A stretch of DNA of 64,000 nt from Cyanobacteria bacterium P01_D01_bin.156 (GTDB taxonomy: Bacteria; Cyanobacteriota; Cyanobacteriia; Phormidesmidales; Phormidesmidaceae). The stretch spans positions 32,001 through 96,000 of the forward strand of contig JBCCQQ010000006.1 of the NCBI GenBank assembly GCA_039024555.1. The letters are read 5' to 3'. The notes under the pieces are model-generated. The model was not told the origin of the DNA, made no database searches, and was given only the letters and a program-made list of their open reading frames with translations. The translations under genes were made by a program, and so were the position numbers. Of this stretch, positions 50,392 to 60,130 are shown one piece after another (the stretch's first letter is position 1; every line of letters starts with the position of its first letter).

Positions 50392-51669
50392 TTACTCAAT
50401 GGGCAGCTGAATACAAAACTCTGTCCCTTTACCTTCTTCAGACTCTACCTTTATGTGTCCATCATGAACCTCCATAACGATCTGTTTGGCAACGGCCAAA
50501 CCCAAGCCTGTGCCCTTACCAACACCTTTAGTCGTGTACAGATAGTCAAAAATCTTTTGCTTTATAGTCTGTGGCATTCCTATACCATTGTCTCGAACAT
50601 AGATATGCACATGGTCATTGATCAAAGTTGTTTTTATTAGAATCTGGTTGGAGTCTTGCTCAATCTCCTCATAGGATTTACTCTCATTACTTTCTTCTAA
50701 CGCATCAATGGCATTGGTTAGAATGTTCATAAAGACCTGATTAAGCTGCCCCGGAAAACATTTGATATCTGGTAACTGTTCATATTCTTTCAAGATTTCA
50801 ATATCAGGATGCTGAGTATTTGCTTTGAGTCGATGTTTTAAAATTAGCAGGGTACTATCAATCCCTTCGTGGATATTAAAGTCGATTTTAATATCTTTAT
50901 CTGCCCGAGAAAAAACGCGTAGGCTATTACTGATGCCACAGATGCGTTCACAGCCAGCTTCCATAGACGCTAGCATTTCGGGAATATCTTCCATGAGATA
51001 GGACAGCGTTATTTGTTTAGCATGTTCCTGTATCTCAGGTGTAGTTATCTCTTGATGGCAAAGCTTAAGATGCTCAAATATGGAACTTAAATCTTGCTGC
51101 AGTTCGTCAAGATTTCCACTGATAAAACCAATAGGATTATTGATTTCGTGGGCGACACCAGCCACTAAATTACCCAGTGCTGACATCTTCTCATGCTGAA
51201 CTAACTGCATCTGAGACTCTTGGACTCTTGCCAGTGCTAGCTCTAGGTCCTGCGTCCGAGACATGACCTTTGACTCTAGGGTCTGCTGAATTTGCCGTAA
51301 TTGCAAATGGGTATGTACCCGAGCTAATAGTTCAGCTTCCCTAAAGGGTTTAGTAATGTAATCCACCGCTCCTAATTCAAATCCTTTTACAGTACTATCT
51401 GTATCGGATAATGCTGTAATGAAGATAATTGGAATACTGGCTAAGTCGGGATTTTTCTTAATTTGTTGACAGGTTTCAAAGCCATTAATCCCCGGCATTT
51501 GAATATCTAATAAAATGAGATCTGGGATATGAGATTCGAGTCGTTTCAACGCTCGTTCCCCACTGATAGCGACAGAGACTTGATAGTTTTTGACTGATAA
51601 AATCTCTGTAATTACCTTTAAATTTGCTGGGGTGTCATCCACTACCAAAATTTTTTCGAGATTATCCAT
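50392..51669 (-). CDS. Hybrid response regulator - histidine kinase
   Basis: REC domain (VVDD, LDIQMP, KPF), AHEINNP, NQVFMN and GTGLGL. Confidence 0.93.
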   Translation of the reverse strand: MDNLEKILVVDDTPANLKVITEILSVKNYQVSVAISGERALKRLESHIPDLILLDIQMPGINGFETCQQIKKNPDLASIPIIFITALSDTDSTVKGFELGAVDYITKPFREAELLARVHTHLQLRQIQQTLESKVMSRTQDLELALARVQESQMQLVQHEKMSALGNLVAGVAHEINNPIGFISGNLDELQQDLSSIFEHLKLCHQEITTPEIQEHAKQITLSYLMEDIPEMLASMEAGCERICGISNSLRVFSRADKDIKIDFNIHEGIDSTLLILKHRLKANTQHPDIEILKEYEQLPDIKCFPGQLNQVFMNILTNAIDALEESNESKSYEEIEQDSNQILIKTTLINDHVHIYVRDNGIGMPQTIKQKIFDYLYTTKGVGKGTGLGLAVAKQIVMEVHDGHIKVESEEGKGTEFCIQLPIE

Positions 51670-53548
51670 TAACCAATAACTCTCTTAAACTAGCCTGTAA
51701 TAAGTCTTCTATTTCTTCGACCTGAAACTGCTCGGCCAACTGAAGGATAGGCGCTGCAAAAGATGTATATTTAATATCTTGTGTCACTAATGCATCTAAT
51801 TGTTCTTGAACGGATTTTAAGTCTGCTTGTTGGGCCGCATTTAAAAGTGCTTCGAGAGATGCACTAGATGGTAAAACCACTTCTACTGGCGTTGTCTTTG
51901 ACGATTCAGCACTGTCTTCTACATCATTAAAAATCCAATCTAACTCTAAGTGAGTTTCTAAAATATCCAAGAGTTCACCAACATCTACAGGCTTACTCAG
52001 GAAAGCATCACCTCCTTTTTCTAGAGACAGTTGTTGATCTTCTAATGATACTGATGCTGATGAAACAATTACTTTGCTTTGATGTAAGGCATCTGCACTA
52101 CGAACATGCTGTAGAAACTCAAACCCATCCATCACAGGCATTGCCAGATCAGTAATTACTAAGTCAGGAGAATCTGCAAGGAGCTTTTTCAACCCTTCTT
52201 GTCCATTTTTAGCTTCAATCACATTGAACTGTAGAGGCTCTAATAAATTTTTAACTACAGCTCGATTTTCCCAGCGATCATCCACCACTAGGATCTTCAA
52301 AGTCTCACCTTTATAGCCAATGATGTGTTCATTTTCTGCTCGATTGACCTGTTGAATTGCCCAATCATTTTCTATTGGTAAGTCTACAGAGAAGTAGAAT
52401 TCACTTCCTTGGTTCAACTGGCTTTTGACCTGAATCTCCCCTCCCATCAAGTGGATGATTCTCTGGCTAATGGCTAATCCCAAGCCGGTTCCTTCAGATT
52501 GTTTTTTCCGATCACCGACCTGTTCGAAAGCCTGAAATAATTGAGATATGTCTGATTCAGCAATACCAATACCAGTGTCAATGACTTGAAATAGCAAGGA
52601 TGCCTGTGTGTTTGAGTCTCTCAATACATCAACCCTCAGAGTGATACTGCCATGGGCCGTAAACTTAATGGCGTTTCCTAGTAAATTTATAAGAACTTGG
52701 CGAAGACGTTTTTCATCAGCCTGGATGCCATTGGGTAGACGAGAACTAGGCTGATAAATAAAGTCAAGCCCTTTTTGCTCTGCTCGAATTCGACACATCT
52801 CAACAACGCTTTGAAGTAGAGAAGGGAGATGTAACGCTTTGGGCATCAACTCTAGTTTGCGAGCCTCAATTTTTGAGAGATCTAGAATATCATTGATAAG
52901 GGTTAGCAAATGAGAGCCGCATTGATGAATGACATTTACTCCTTCCCTTTCTTTTTTAGATAATGTTTGGGAACGTCCTAAAATTTGGGCATAGCCTAGG
53001 ATGCCATTTAAGGGCGTACGGAGTTCATGGCTCATGTTAGCCAAGAATTCACTTTTTGCTTGACTTGCTTGATTTGCTGCACTTTCTGCTTCTTTGTAAG
53101 GTGTAATGTCTTGTAAGATACCCACTAAACCAGCAACATTCCCAGAAGTATCATGAAATGGGGCCTTGCTAGTTTCGATCCAAATTTCGTTGCCATCTGC
53201 CAGTTGTTGATGCTCTACAACGCCCAAGTCTGGAGCATTAGCATCCATAACTCGGCGATCTCCTGCCTCACAAATTGGAGCTTCGCCTTCAACCCAGGGC
53301 ATATCGTAATCGGTTTTGCCAACCACCTCTTCAACGCTCATTCCAGCAGCTTTAGCAAAGCTCTGGTTACAGCCCAAATAGACGCTATTGCGATCTTTCC
53401 AAAAAATGGATTGGGGCAAACTATTCGTTAACTGATCTAGCAGTTGGCGCGTTTCAAATAATTGCTGGGTCAGTTTTTCCACTTGTTGTTCAAGTGAAAT
53501 AGCTGCACTGTCTGAAGCTTCGGGATGACTGCTTAAGCTTGGACTCAT
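51662..53548 (-). CDS. PAS - histidine kinase - receiver hybrid
   Basis: PAS (FWKD..S.YLGCN), SHELRTPLN, NAIKFT, GTGLGL and C-terminal REC; 8-bp overlap with the next gene. Confidence 0.93.
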   Translation of the reverse strand: MSPSLSSHPEASDSAAISLEQQVEKLTQQLFETRQLLDQLTNSLPQSIFWKDRNSVYLGCNQSFAKAAGMSVEEVVGKTDYDMPWVEGEAPICEAGDRRVMDANAPDLGVVEHQQLADGNEIWIETSKAPFHDTSGNVAGLVGILQDITPYKEAESAANQASQAKSEFLANMSHELRTPLNGILGYAQILGRSQTLSKKEREGVNVIHQCGSHLLTLINDILDLSKIEARKLELMPKALHLPSLLQSVVEMCRIRAEQKGLDFIYQPSSRLPNGIQADEKRLRQVLINLLGNAIKFTAHGSITLRVDVLRDSNTQASLLFQVIDTGIGIAESDISQLFQAFEQVGDRKKQSEGTGLGLAISQRIIHLMGGEIQVKSQLNQGSEFYFSVDLPIENDWAIQQVNRAENEHIIGYKGETLKILVVDDRWENRAVVKNLLEPLQFNVIEAKNGQEGLKKLLADSPDLVITDLAMPVMDGFEFLQHVRSADALHQSKVIVSSASVSLEDQQLSLEKGGDAFLSKPVDVGELLDILETHLELDWIFNDVEDSAESSKTTPVEVVLPSSASLEALLNAAQQADLKSVQEQLDALVTQDIKYTSFAAPILQLAEQFQVEEIEDLLQASLRELLVNG

Positions 53549-53859
53549 GAGTTTAGAAGATACTTAAATGGAATAAGTGAAATTTGAGTTTGATATCCTT
53601 TCACGATTTCATCAACCGTAGTAGTTGCTTCATGTTCTCAAACCCACATTAATATTCCCTTTTTAGACCCTGACATCTGGGTTTCAATAGATTTCTAAAA
53701 AACTTCTACGACAGAGTAGCCCTAACAAACTGTTACACAAACACTCGCATGACGATTTGTCCAAGACTAGGTATTCACCACAATCGATTACAAAGCAAGA
53801 TTTACAACACGCTTGAAGTGTCTGAGCTATCAGGCCACACGATTCTGTTTAATAATTCT

Positions 53860-53948
53860 GGCGTTGCTGATCCGCAAGATGATTTTATCTGTCATATCTA
53901 GACAACTGTAAGTTCCACAGATCGTTATCATCTCCTAAATCAGCAACA
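53860..53948 (-). mobile_element. ~87-bp dispersed element, copy 6
   Basis: GGCGTTGCTGATCCGCAAGATGATTTTATCTG...CTCCTAAATCAGCAACA. Confidence 0.75.
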
Positions 53949-54037
53949 GCATGATTCTTATGTAGCAGGTCGAGTCTAAATAACATTTTGCAGTTACTGT
54001 ATTCCTGCTTTCTTTTAGATAAGAATATTTTGCCAAT

Positions 54038-56068
54038 TTAGCGTTTCATACCCTGGTCATAATCTTCTAAGGGCATCGCTGCAAAATGTTCTTGCAAGGT
54101 TCTGTGCAAAAAGCGAAAGCGACCCCCAATCCGCTGAAGCAACAGACGCTCTGTACAATAATTGAGAAAGTTGACATAGAGATAAGGGAGTTTACCAGAG
54201 CGAGCCAGAACAAAACGGAGGGCATAGTGTCGGAGATACGCTTCACCACCGCCTTGATCTATTGTCTTTAATAAAAGAATGGTCATTAAAATATGGGCAA
54301 TGGCAAAAATCTGTTCCTCATCTAGCTGTGTCCAGCTGATATCCACTAGATTCAGTGCAGATGGAAGCCATATGCGAATAATAACAGCGATAGGAAGTAC
54401 TAAACATATCAGCACTAAAACATTTCTACCTGAGTTAAGAATCCCTTGGTTAGGCTTCACTTGAGTTTGAATATCGGCCTTTAAACTTTCAATCAGGCCC
54501 CAAATTAGTCCCCAAGGTAGGCCTGTTATTAATCCCCAAATTACTCCCCAAAGGATAATTACATAAAATAGACCACCCACCATAAGGCTCAAAGATGCAC
54601 CTGCCACGAGACCTAAAATTAAGCCCAAAACAGTTGCTATGGTTAGTTTCTCTAAAAAGACTTTTAGCACATTGGCTGAAAAACTTATTTTCAGAACTTC
54701 AACAGTATCGATTGGCTTTAAGCTTCGGATTAGCGCCCAGGCCATCCCTAGGCTTAAACTAAACTGCACAAAGACAGCACTAGATGATGTTGCTGCTGGG
54801 CCTAAGATAATGGCTAACGTGACTACTATAATGGCCCCTACAGCCATAATGACCAGTAAACGCATTTGCCACTGGTTACGAGCAGTGGTTAACAACGTTG
54901 GCTGCAGTTTTTCTACTAAAAACTCATCCTGCTCTATTGTCTGGGCAAGCCAAACTAACCATTGCCGTGTCTGTTTCGCTGTCGGCATTTGATTGGGTTT
55001 ATAGTAGTCACTGGCTAACCGACCGTGTAACCGTGAGCTAATGTAAGCATCCAGTAACATTGTCAATCGTTCTTGAGAGGTTGCTGACTTTTGCCAATGG
55101 TTGGGGTCTAGCCTACTGTAGGCTAGCGTTAAAACGCTTAACCATAGAGGAACTGACAGGAGTTCCAAAAGCTCGGATTCTTGACTCACAACATCCCAAA
55201 TTCTTGGATGCCCAGACTGTTGTAGATATTCCCTAACTTGGTCTAATTTTAGGGGTTGTAAGCAAATTGCTCCATTCAACTCCAGTACAGTTGAGTAAGT
55301 CTCATACTCCTGAAGGCGACTACAAATAACAACTTGGTTTGCCCGTTCTTCAGACTTTAACCAGCTATTAATGGCCTTAGCGCAAGGTTCCTGGCGCTGT
55401 GATGTGAGTTCATCTAACCCATCCAACAAGGGTAATAGGTTTTGCTCATCCAGTAACGTTTTACCAATGGTTTCCCTTACGCCATATTTAGTCTTTAGCT
55501 CTTTTACCAACCACTGGGCAATAGGCTGCTTATCATCTTGCCAACTCGATAAATTAAACAATACCGGAATAGGCAGATCCACAGTTTGACCCGCTTGCTC
55601 CACTAATGCCTTAGCCAGCTCTACTAGAGTTGTTGTTTTTCCTGCCCCTGGATGCCCTAGAATCAAAAGCTTGCCAGCAATATCCTCTCGGCAAAATACA
55701 TCCATGATGCTTTTGTCATTGGGAATAGCTTCTGGCTCTCGATTTCCAATCTTGACTTCCGCATCCCATGGGCGGCTCACCTGCTCCGGAGTTTGCTGCT
55801 TTCCTAGTTCGATAAAGATTTGATTATGTAACGACTGTCGCAGGCGGTCTTTAACTTCGTTTTCTACTTGGGCTAGTAGCTGTCTTTCTAAGCGAGGACG
55901 TTTCTCTGGGGACGTTTGTTGAATAACGACAGTACTTGCGAGGACATTGTTGTCGCCAATAATAGCTTGATTACCCTGCCCCTGCACTGTGCGATTACTA
56001 TCGCCCTGCACCACATTGGTGTCTTTTACGGTGGCGTCGTTGATTTCAAACTCGCGATCGGACGGCAT
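54038..56068 (-). CDS. NACHT NTPase with C-terminal multi-pass membrane domain
   Basis: GHPGAGKTT, LLDGLDE, CSR, PLWL; Gly-rich TM helices; LLQRIGGRFRFLHRTLQEHFA tail. Confidence 0.88.
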   Translation of the reverse strand: MPSDREFEINDATVKDTNVVQGDSNRTVQGQGNQAIIGDNNVLASTVVIQQTSPEKRPRLERQLLAQVENEVKDRLRQSLHNQIFIELGKQQTPEQVSRPWDAEVKIGNREPEAIPNDKSIMDVFCREDIAGKLLILGHPGAGKTTTLVELAKALVEQAGQTVDLPIPVLFNLSSWQDDKQPIAQWLVKELKTKYGVRETIGKTLLDEQNLLPLLDGLDELTSQRQEPCAKAINSWLKSEERANQVVICSRLQEYETYSTVLELNGAICLQPLKLDQVREYLQQSGHPRIWDVVSQESELLELLSVPLWLSVLTLAYSRLDPNHWQKSATSQERLTMLLDAYISSRLHGRLASDYYKPNQMPTAKQTRQWLVWLAQTIEQDEFLVEKLQPTLLTTARNQWQMRLLVIMAVGAIIVVTLAIILGPAATSSSAVFVQFSLSLGMAWALIRSLKPIDTVEVLKISFSANVLKVFLEKLTIATVLGLILGLVAGASLSLMVGGLFYVIILWGVIWGLITGLPWGLIWGLIESLKADIQTQVKPNQGILNSGRNVLVLICLVLPIAVIIRIWLPSALNLVDISWTQLDEEQIFAIAHILMTILLLKTIDQGGGEAYLRHYALRFVLARSGKLPYLYVNFLNYCTERLLLQRIGGRFRFLHRTLQEHFAAMPLEDYDQGMKR

Positions 56069-56286
56069 GGGGCTAGAGATATTCGTTCTTTTTGTGCGTA
56101 ATCAGTGCTGAGTTAGCTCTTATGAAATAGGAGTTACCCTAACCTATGTCTTACATGGTTAGATTTTCTTTGAAAGATAGAGTTCTTAATCGAATGCGGC
56201 AAGCCAGGTTTTGTATCCTATGAGAATGAGTGCTGTTTGTCAGCATCTTCCATAGCCGTGGGTGTGCGTAGCTATCAATTTTTTGA

Positions 56287-56374
56287 TGTTGCAGATCTTC
56301 AGGATAATTTTAGTTTCTAAAATCTGATCCTTAAAAGCTTCTACAGAATGTTTAATCTCCTAAAGTCAATAACG
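56287..56374 (-). mobile_element. ~87-bp dispersed element, copy 7 (degenerate)
   Basis: TGTTGCAGATCTTCAGGATAATTTTAGTT...CTCCTAAAGTCAATAACG; resembles copy 2. Confidence 0.55.
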
Positions 56375-56715
56375 ACCCAATTTTTGGTTGGGTTATTGGA
56401 AGAGGGGGTAGGCAATCTAAGTTGAACTATGGTTGGAAAATGGAATAAGAATTTTCAATATCTCTTCTATCACTGCAGAAACCCATGCTGTGTTTTAAGT
56501 TTAGAACTACTGACCAATAGTTAAAATATGAAAAAAGCTTGTTATTCTAATGAATTGTTCATATCAAAAGTAACATGTACGTAATACCATTTTTTGTATG
56601 GAATATCGGCTTTCTGTACTAAAAAAATACGTAAAACCTCGTGTCCTTCAGAGATTTTTTACCCAATCGAAGATCAGGCCATAGAGACTAGGAATATGTC
56701 AATTATAAAAGCCGT

Positions 56716-56922
56716 ATGTCTATAGAAGAATTTGAGAGGTATTATCGGGAATCGATGAGTAGTGCCCTTAATCAGCTACAACGTATGACACTGTTGTCGT
56801 CAAATTTGCAAGAAACTGTAGATGAGATCAATACTTCCTTGCAAAGACTGAACCAAACAACGGAAGACTTCATCCAGAGTCAGCGCCAAAATTCTGAGGA
56901 TGGGTCTGGTCCTGTATCCTGA
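56716..56922 (+). CDS. Small coiled-coil hypothetical protein
   Basis: 68-aa ATG ORF with heptad pattern. Confidence 0.55.
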   Translation: MSIEEFERYYRESMSSALNQLQRMTLLSSNLQETVDEINTSLQRLNQTTEDFIQSQRQNSEDGSGPVS

Positions 56923-57335
56923 TTAAGGTTCTCTTGATCAATCGGTGTGGGCGCTACTTTGACTAAGTTTAGAATCTTACTATTGAGTGTAGTTGGCATG
57001 ATGGGCTTAACAAGGTAATCAGACGCTCCAGCTGCGATCGCACGTTGTCGATCTGACTGAAATGCATAGCCGCTTACCACGAGTATCGGTAAGTCTTTAA
57101 ATTTAGGATGGTTGCGAATCGTTTTTATCAGGGTTAAGCCATCAATTCTAGGAAGTTTGATATCCAATAGGACGAGATGGGGCATGAACTCATGCATCAT
57201 TTCCAAGCAGTTATCACCGTCTGCTAAGGGTAAAACTTGATAACCACAGTGTTCTAAAAAGTCTGTAAACAGAACACGATTGCCATAGTCGTCCTCAATT
57301 AGCAAAATGCGGCGTTGCTCTTCTGGAAAGTTCAT
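56880..57335 (-). CDS. Single-domain response regulator (DivK/CheY-like)
   Basis: IEDD, LDIKLP.IDG, VSGYA and YLVKP motifs. Confidence 0.9.
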   Translation of the reverse strand: MNFPEEQRRILLIEDDYGNRVLFTDFLEHCGYQVLPLADGDNCLEMMHEFMPHLVLLDIKLPRIDGLTLIKTIRNHPKFKDLPILVVSGYAFQSDRQRAIAAGASDYLVKPIMPTTLNSKILNLVKVAPTPIDQENLNQDTGPDPSSEFWR

Positions 57336-57680
57336 AGACGACCGCAGGGTACGGGGGCATTGGAAGATATGTAGAGTGGAAAAATAAATATTCCACTGGC
57401 TTCGGGAAGGTTACGCTTACTGACTCAGGGTGTCTTTGCCTGGATAGAAAATGCCCGTATTCTAAGTGGATGCTGTTGTACGGGGAACACGTTACACATA
57501 GATAATAATGCTATGTGCATATTCTCTATCCTATAGACCATGCCTCTGGCCGACAACCTAATGGTGAATCTTGATGGAAAAAGCTATCAAATTTGGTGCT
57601 TAATGTTCGAATGTGTGGATAAAACGACGCTATCACATATAAAGCTTTTTCCAATGTCAGTATGGTAACGTTTTCAACGT

Positions 57681-58853
57681 TTAATGGTAGTTTTTGATAA
57701 ATTCCATAATCTTTTGAGCGGCATTTTCGAGTACGTTGGGGGGCTGCACCAGAGCAAAGCGCACATATCCTTCACCACATTTTCCGAATCCTCGACCAGG
57801 CGCTAGCGCAATACCTGTTGCTTCTACCAAGTTGACACAGAAGTCGATGGAGTTGTGAAAGCCTTCTGGTAGCCTAGCCCAAAGGTACATGGTGGCGGCA
57901 GGGCTAGGGACAGACCAGCCATAGTCATTTAAGGCACTGACCATAGCATCGCGACGGGTTTGAAATGTTTTGACGGTGGTTTGTACACAGTCCTGAGGAC
58001 CTTCGAGGGCTGCGATCGCACCCTGTAAAATTCCTTGATATTGGTTAAAGTCCACCGTAGCTTTCACCTGCCGCAACGCCAGAATGAGCTCTCGGTTACC
58101 AATGGCATAGGCAATCCGAAAACCACCCATGTTGTAAGCCTTGGAAAAGCTAAAAAACTCAATAGAGCAAGTTTTATCAGGATCAGCCTGGAGTACAGAA
58201 GGTGCAGGCTGGCCATCGAAGCAATGATCGGCATAGGGAAAGTCGTGGGCCAGCACCAAATTATGGCGCTGACAAAAGGCCACTGTCTGTTTCAAAAAGT
58301 CTAGGGAGGCTATTCCCGTCGTTGGGTTGTGGGGATAGCTCAGCACCATTAGCCGTGCCTGCTCTAGAACCGCCATTGGAATATCATCTAAAACAGGCAA
58401 AAAGTTGTTTTCCGCCAGCAGTGGCATGGCATAAATTTGCCCATTGGCCAGGTGAATCCCCCCGGCATGGGAGGGATAGCAGGGATCCGTCAGTAGGGCA
58501 AAATCCCCAGGGTCTAAAATGGCCAGGGGCAAATGGGCAGTGCCTTCCTGGGAGCCAATGAGGGGCAGTACCTCTGTTTCTGGATCAACGACAATGCCAA
58601 ACTTTTGGGTGTACCAGCGGGCGGCAGCCTGACGAAACGAACGGGTGCTTTCAAACAGGTTATAGCCATGGGTAGCCGGATCGCGTAGGGCGACTGCGAT
58701 CGCATCTAGCACATGCTTGGGTGTATCTAAATCCGAAGAGCCCAGGGATAACTCCACCACCGTTTTACCCGCTGCCCGCGCCCGTGCCTTGGCTCGATCC
58801 ATATCGGCAAAAACATTGGTCTGGAGCGGCGCAAGGCGAGCGGCGAATTGCAT
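57681..58853 (-). CDS. Class I/II PLP aminotransferase (LL-diaminopimelate/AlaC-like)
   Basis: GSQEG, YPHNPT, HDFPY, SFSKAYNMGGFR and GEGYVRFAL motifs. Confidence 0.88.
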   Translation of the reverse strand: MQFAARLAPLQTNVFADMDRAKARARAAGKTVVELSLGSSDLDTPKHVLDAIAVALRDPATHGYNLFESTRSFRQAAARWYTQKFGIVVDPETEVLPLIGSQEGTAHLPLAILDPGDFALLTDPCYPSHAGGIHLANGQIYAMPLLAENNFLPVLDDIPMAVLEQARLMVLSYPHNPTTGIASLDFLKQTVAFCQRHNLVLAHDFPYADHCFDGQPAPSVLQADPDKTCSIEFFSFSKAYNMGGFRIAYAIGNRELILALRQVKATVDFNQYQGILQGAIAALEGPQDCVQTTVKTFQTRRDAMVSALNDYGWSVPSPAATMYLWARLPEGFHNSIDFCVNLVEATGIALAPGRGFGKCGEGYVRFALVQPPNVLENAAQKIMEFIKNYH

Positions 58854-58961
58854 TTGGTTCAGGTTAATAGGGAATGGGCAGCAGAGCTCGACACCAGACT
58901 ATTTGCAGTGAAGAGTGCTCATAAATTGTAACCCCGCTCCCTATTGCCCAGTGGGCCGTGT

Positions 58962-59735
58962 CTACAGATTATCCAACTCTCGTTTGAGGGCTTCTAGTTC
59001 TGCATCAACTGCGGTGTTCACAGGGGCATCCACAGGCTGAGTATCGGCTGGGGGGAGAGCTTCCTGGCCGACAGAACCACCGCTGAGCTGAGCTTTCATG
59101 GCAGCTAGCTCAGATTCCACATCGCTACCGGCCTCTAGGCTCACAAACTGACTTTCTAAATCAGCACCCGCCAATTCTGCAGCAGCCTGCCCACGAGCCT
59201 CCATCTCTAGAATCTTTTCTTCCATGCGCTCAAAGGCACCGACAGAGCTATTGGTGCTGAGGTTGCCCACGGTATTTTGTAGCTTTTCGTTGGCCTTCGC
59301 TGCACTGGCGCGGGCCTTGAGCATGTCTTTCTTGGTTTTATATTCAGAAATCTTGCTCTCTAGACCAATGAGGTTGCGCTTTAGGGTGTCCACCGAGTTA
59401 CTCTGCTGGTCTAGCTGGGTCTTGAGCGCAGCAGCAGTTTCAGCATGGTTTTTCTTACGGACGAGGGCCTGACGGGCCAGCTCTTCTTCACCTTTTTCTA
59501 AGGCTAGCTTTGCCCGCTGGGTCCAGTGGCTAGCTTCGGACTGGGCTTTTTCATACTGTCGCTCGACTTTCTTTTGACTCGCGATCGCACCTGCCACAGC
59601 TTGACGCATCTGAGCCAGATCCTCCCTCATATCCTCGATACTTTGCTCAAGAATCTTTTCAGGATCTTCGGCCTTGCTTATAGCATCATTAACATTGGCG
59701 CGGATAAGTCGGCTAACGCGATCAAATAACCCCAT
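58962..59735 (-). CDS. vipp1: Vipp1/IM30 (PspA family)
   Basis: MGLFDR start, EDPEKILEQ, AFERMEEK; C-terminal extension ending VDAELEALKRELDNL. Confidence 0.9.
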   Translation of the reverse strand: MGLFDRVSRLIRANVNDAISKAEDPEKILEQSIEDMREDLAQMRQAVAGAIASQKKVERQYEKAQSEASHWTQRAKLALEKGEEELARQALVRKKNHAETAAALKTQLDQQSNSVDTLKRNLIGLESKISEYKTKKDMLKARASAAKANEKLQNTVGNLSTNSSVGAFERMEEKILEMEARGQAAAELAGADLESQFVSLEAGSDVESELAAMKAQLSGGSVGQEALPPADTQPVDAPVNTAVDAELEALKRELDNL

Positions 59736-60130
59736 TGGTCTTTCTTGTCCTTGATGAGTTTGTAGTTGAGCGGTTCGAGAGCTGGCTATATTCTCGACAT
59801 AGCACCTGACGGTGCCTAGCGCTTTAGTTTTAGCATAGGTTGCCAAATCCCAAAGCTATAGAAACACGTCCATACACATCTTCTAGAATCTCTAAAGAAA
59901 TGATGTTGCGGCTGGTTCCACTACAAAATTTTAGATCTGAACCACAAATATGGTTGCCAAACCACCGCAGATTTAATAGCGCACAGGCGAGTCCTGTCCG
60001 ACACATATTTTTTGATGAATGCGTGGGCATACTAGCCCTAACCAGGCGCCAGTAGGCTAACTACCGTCCCTAATCCACAGGGTGACGACAAGCAACACCG
60101 ATTACATTCAGCTGCCAATAAAATAAATAG

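Larger units (their letters stand above)
199..59588. repeat. HIP1 octamer GCGATCGC, dispersed (about two dozen sites seen by eye)
   Basis: Examples at 199, 5391, 34840, 46504 and 59581. Confidence 0.85.

Noticed and set aside
59736..59846. N-terminal extension of Vipp1 in the ORF track
   Set aside because: The family starts at MGLFDR (ATG 59735); the extension relies on a TTG start.
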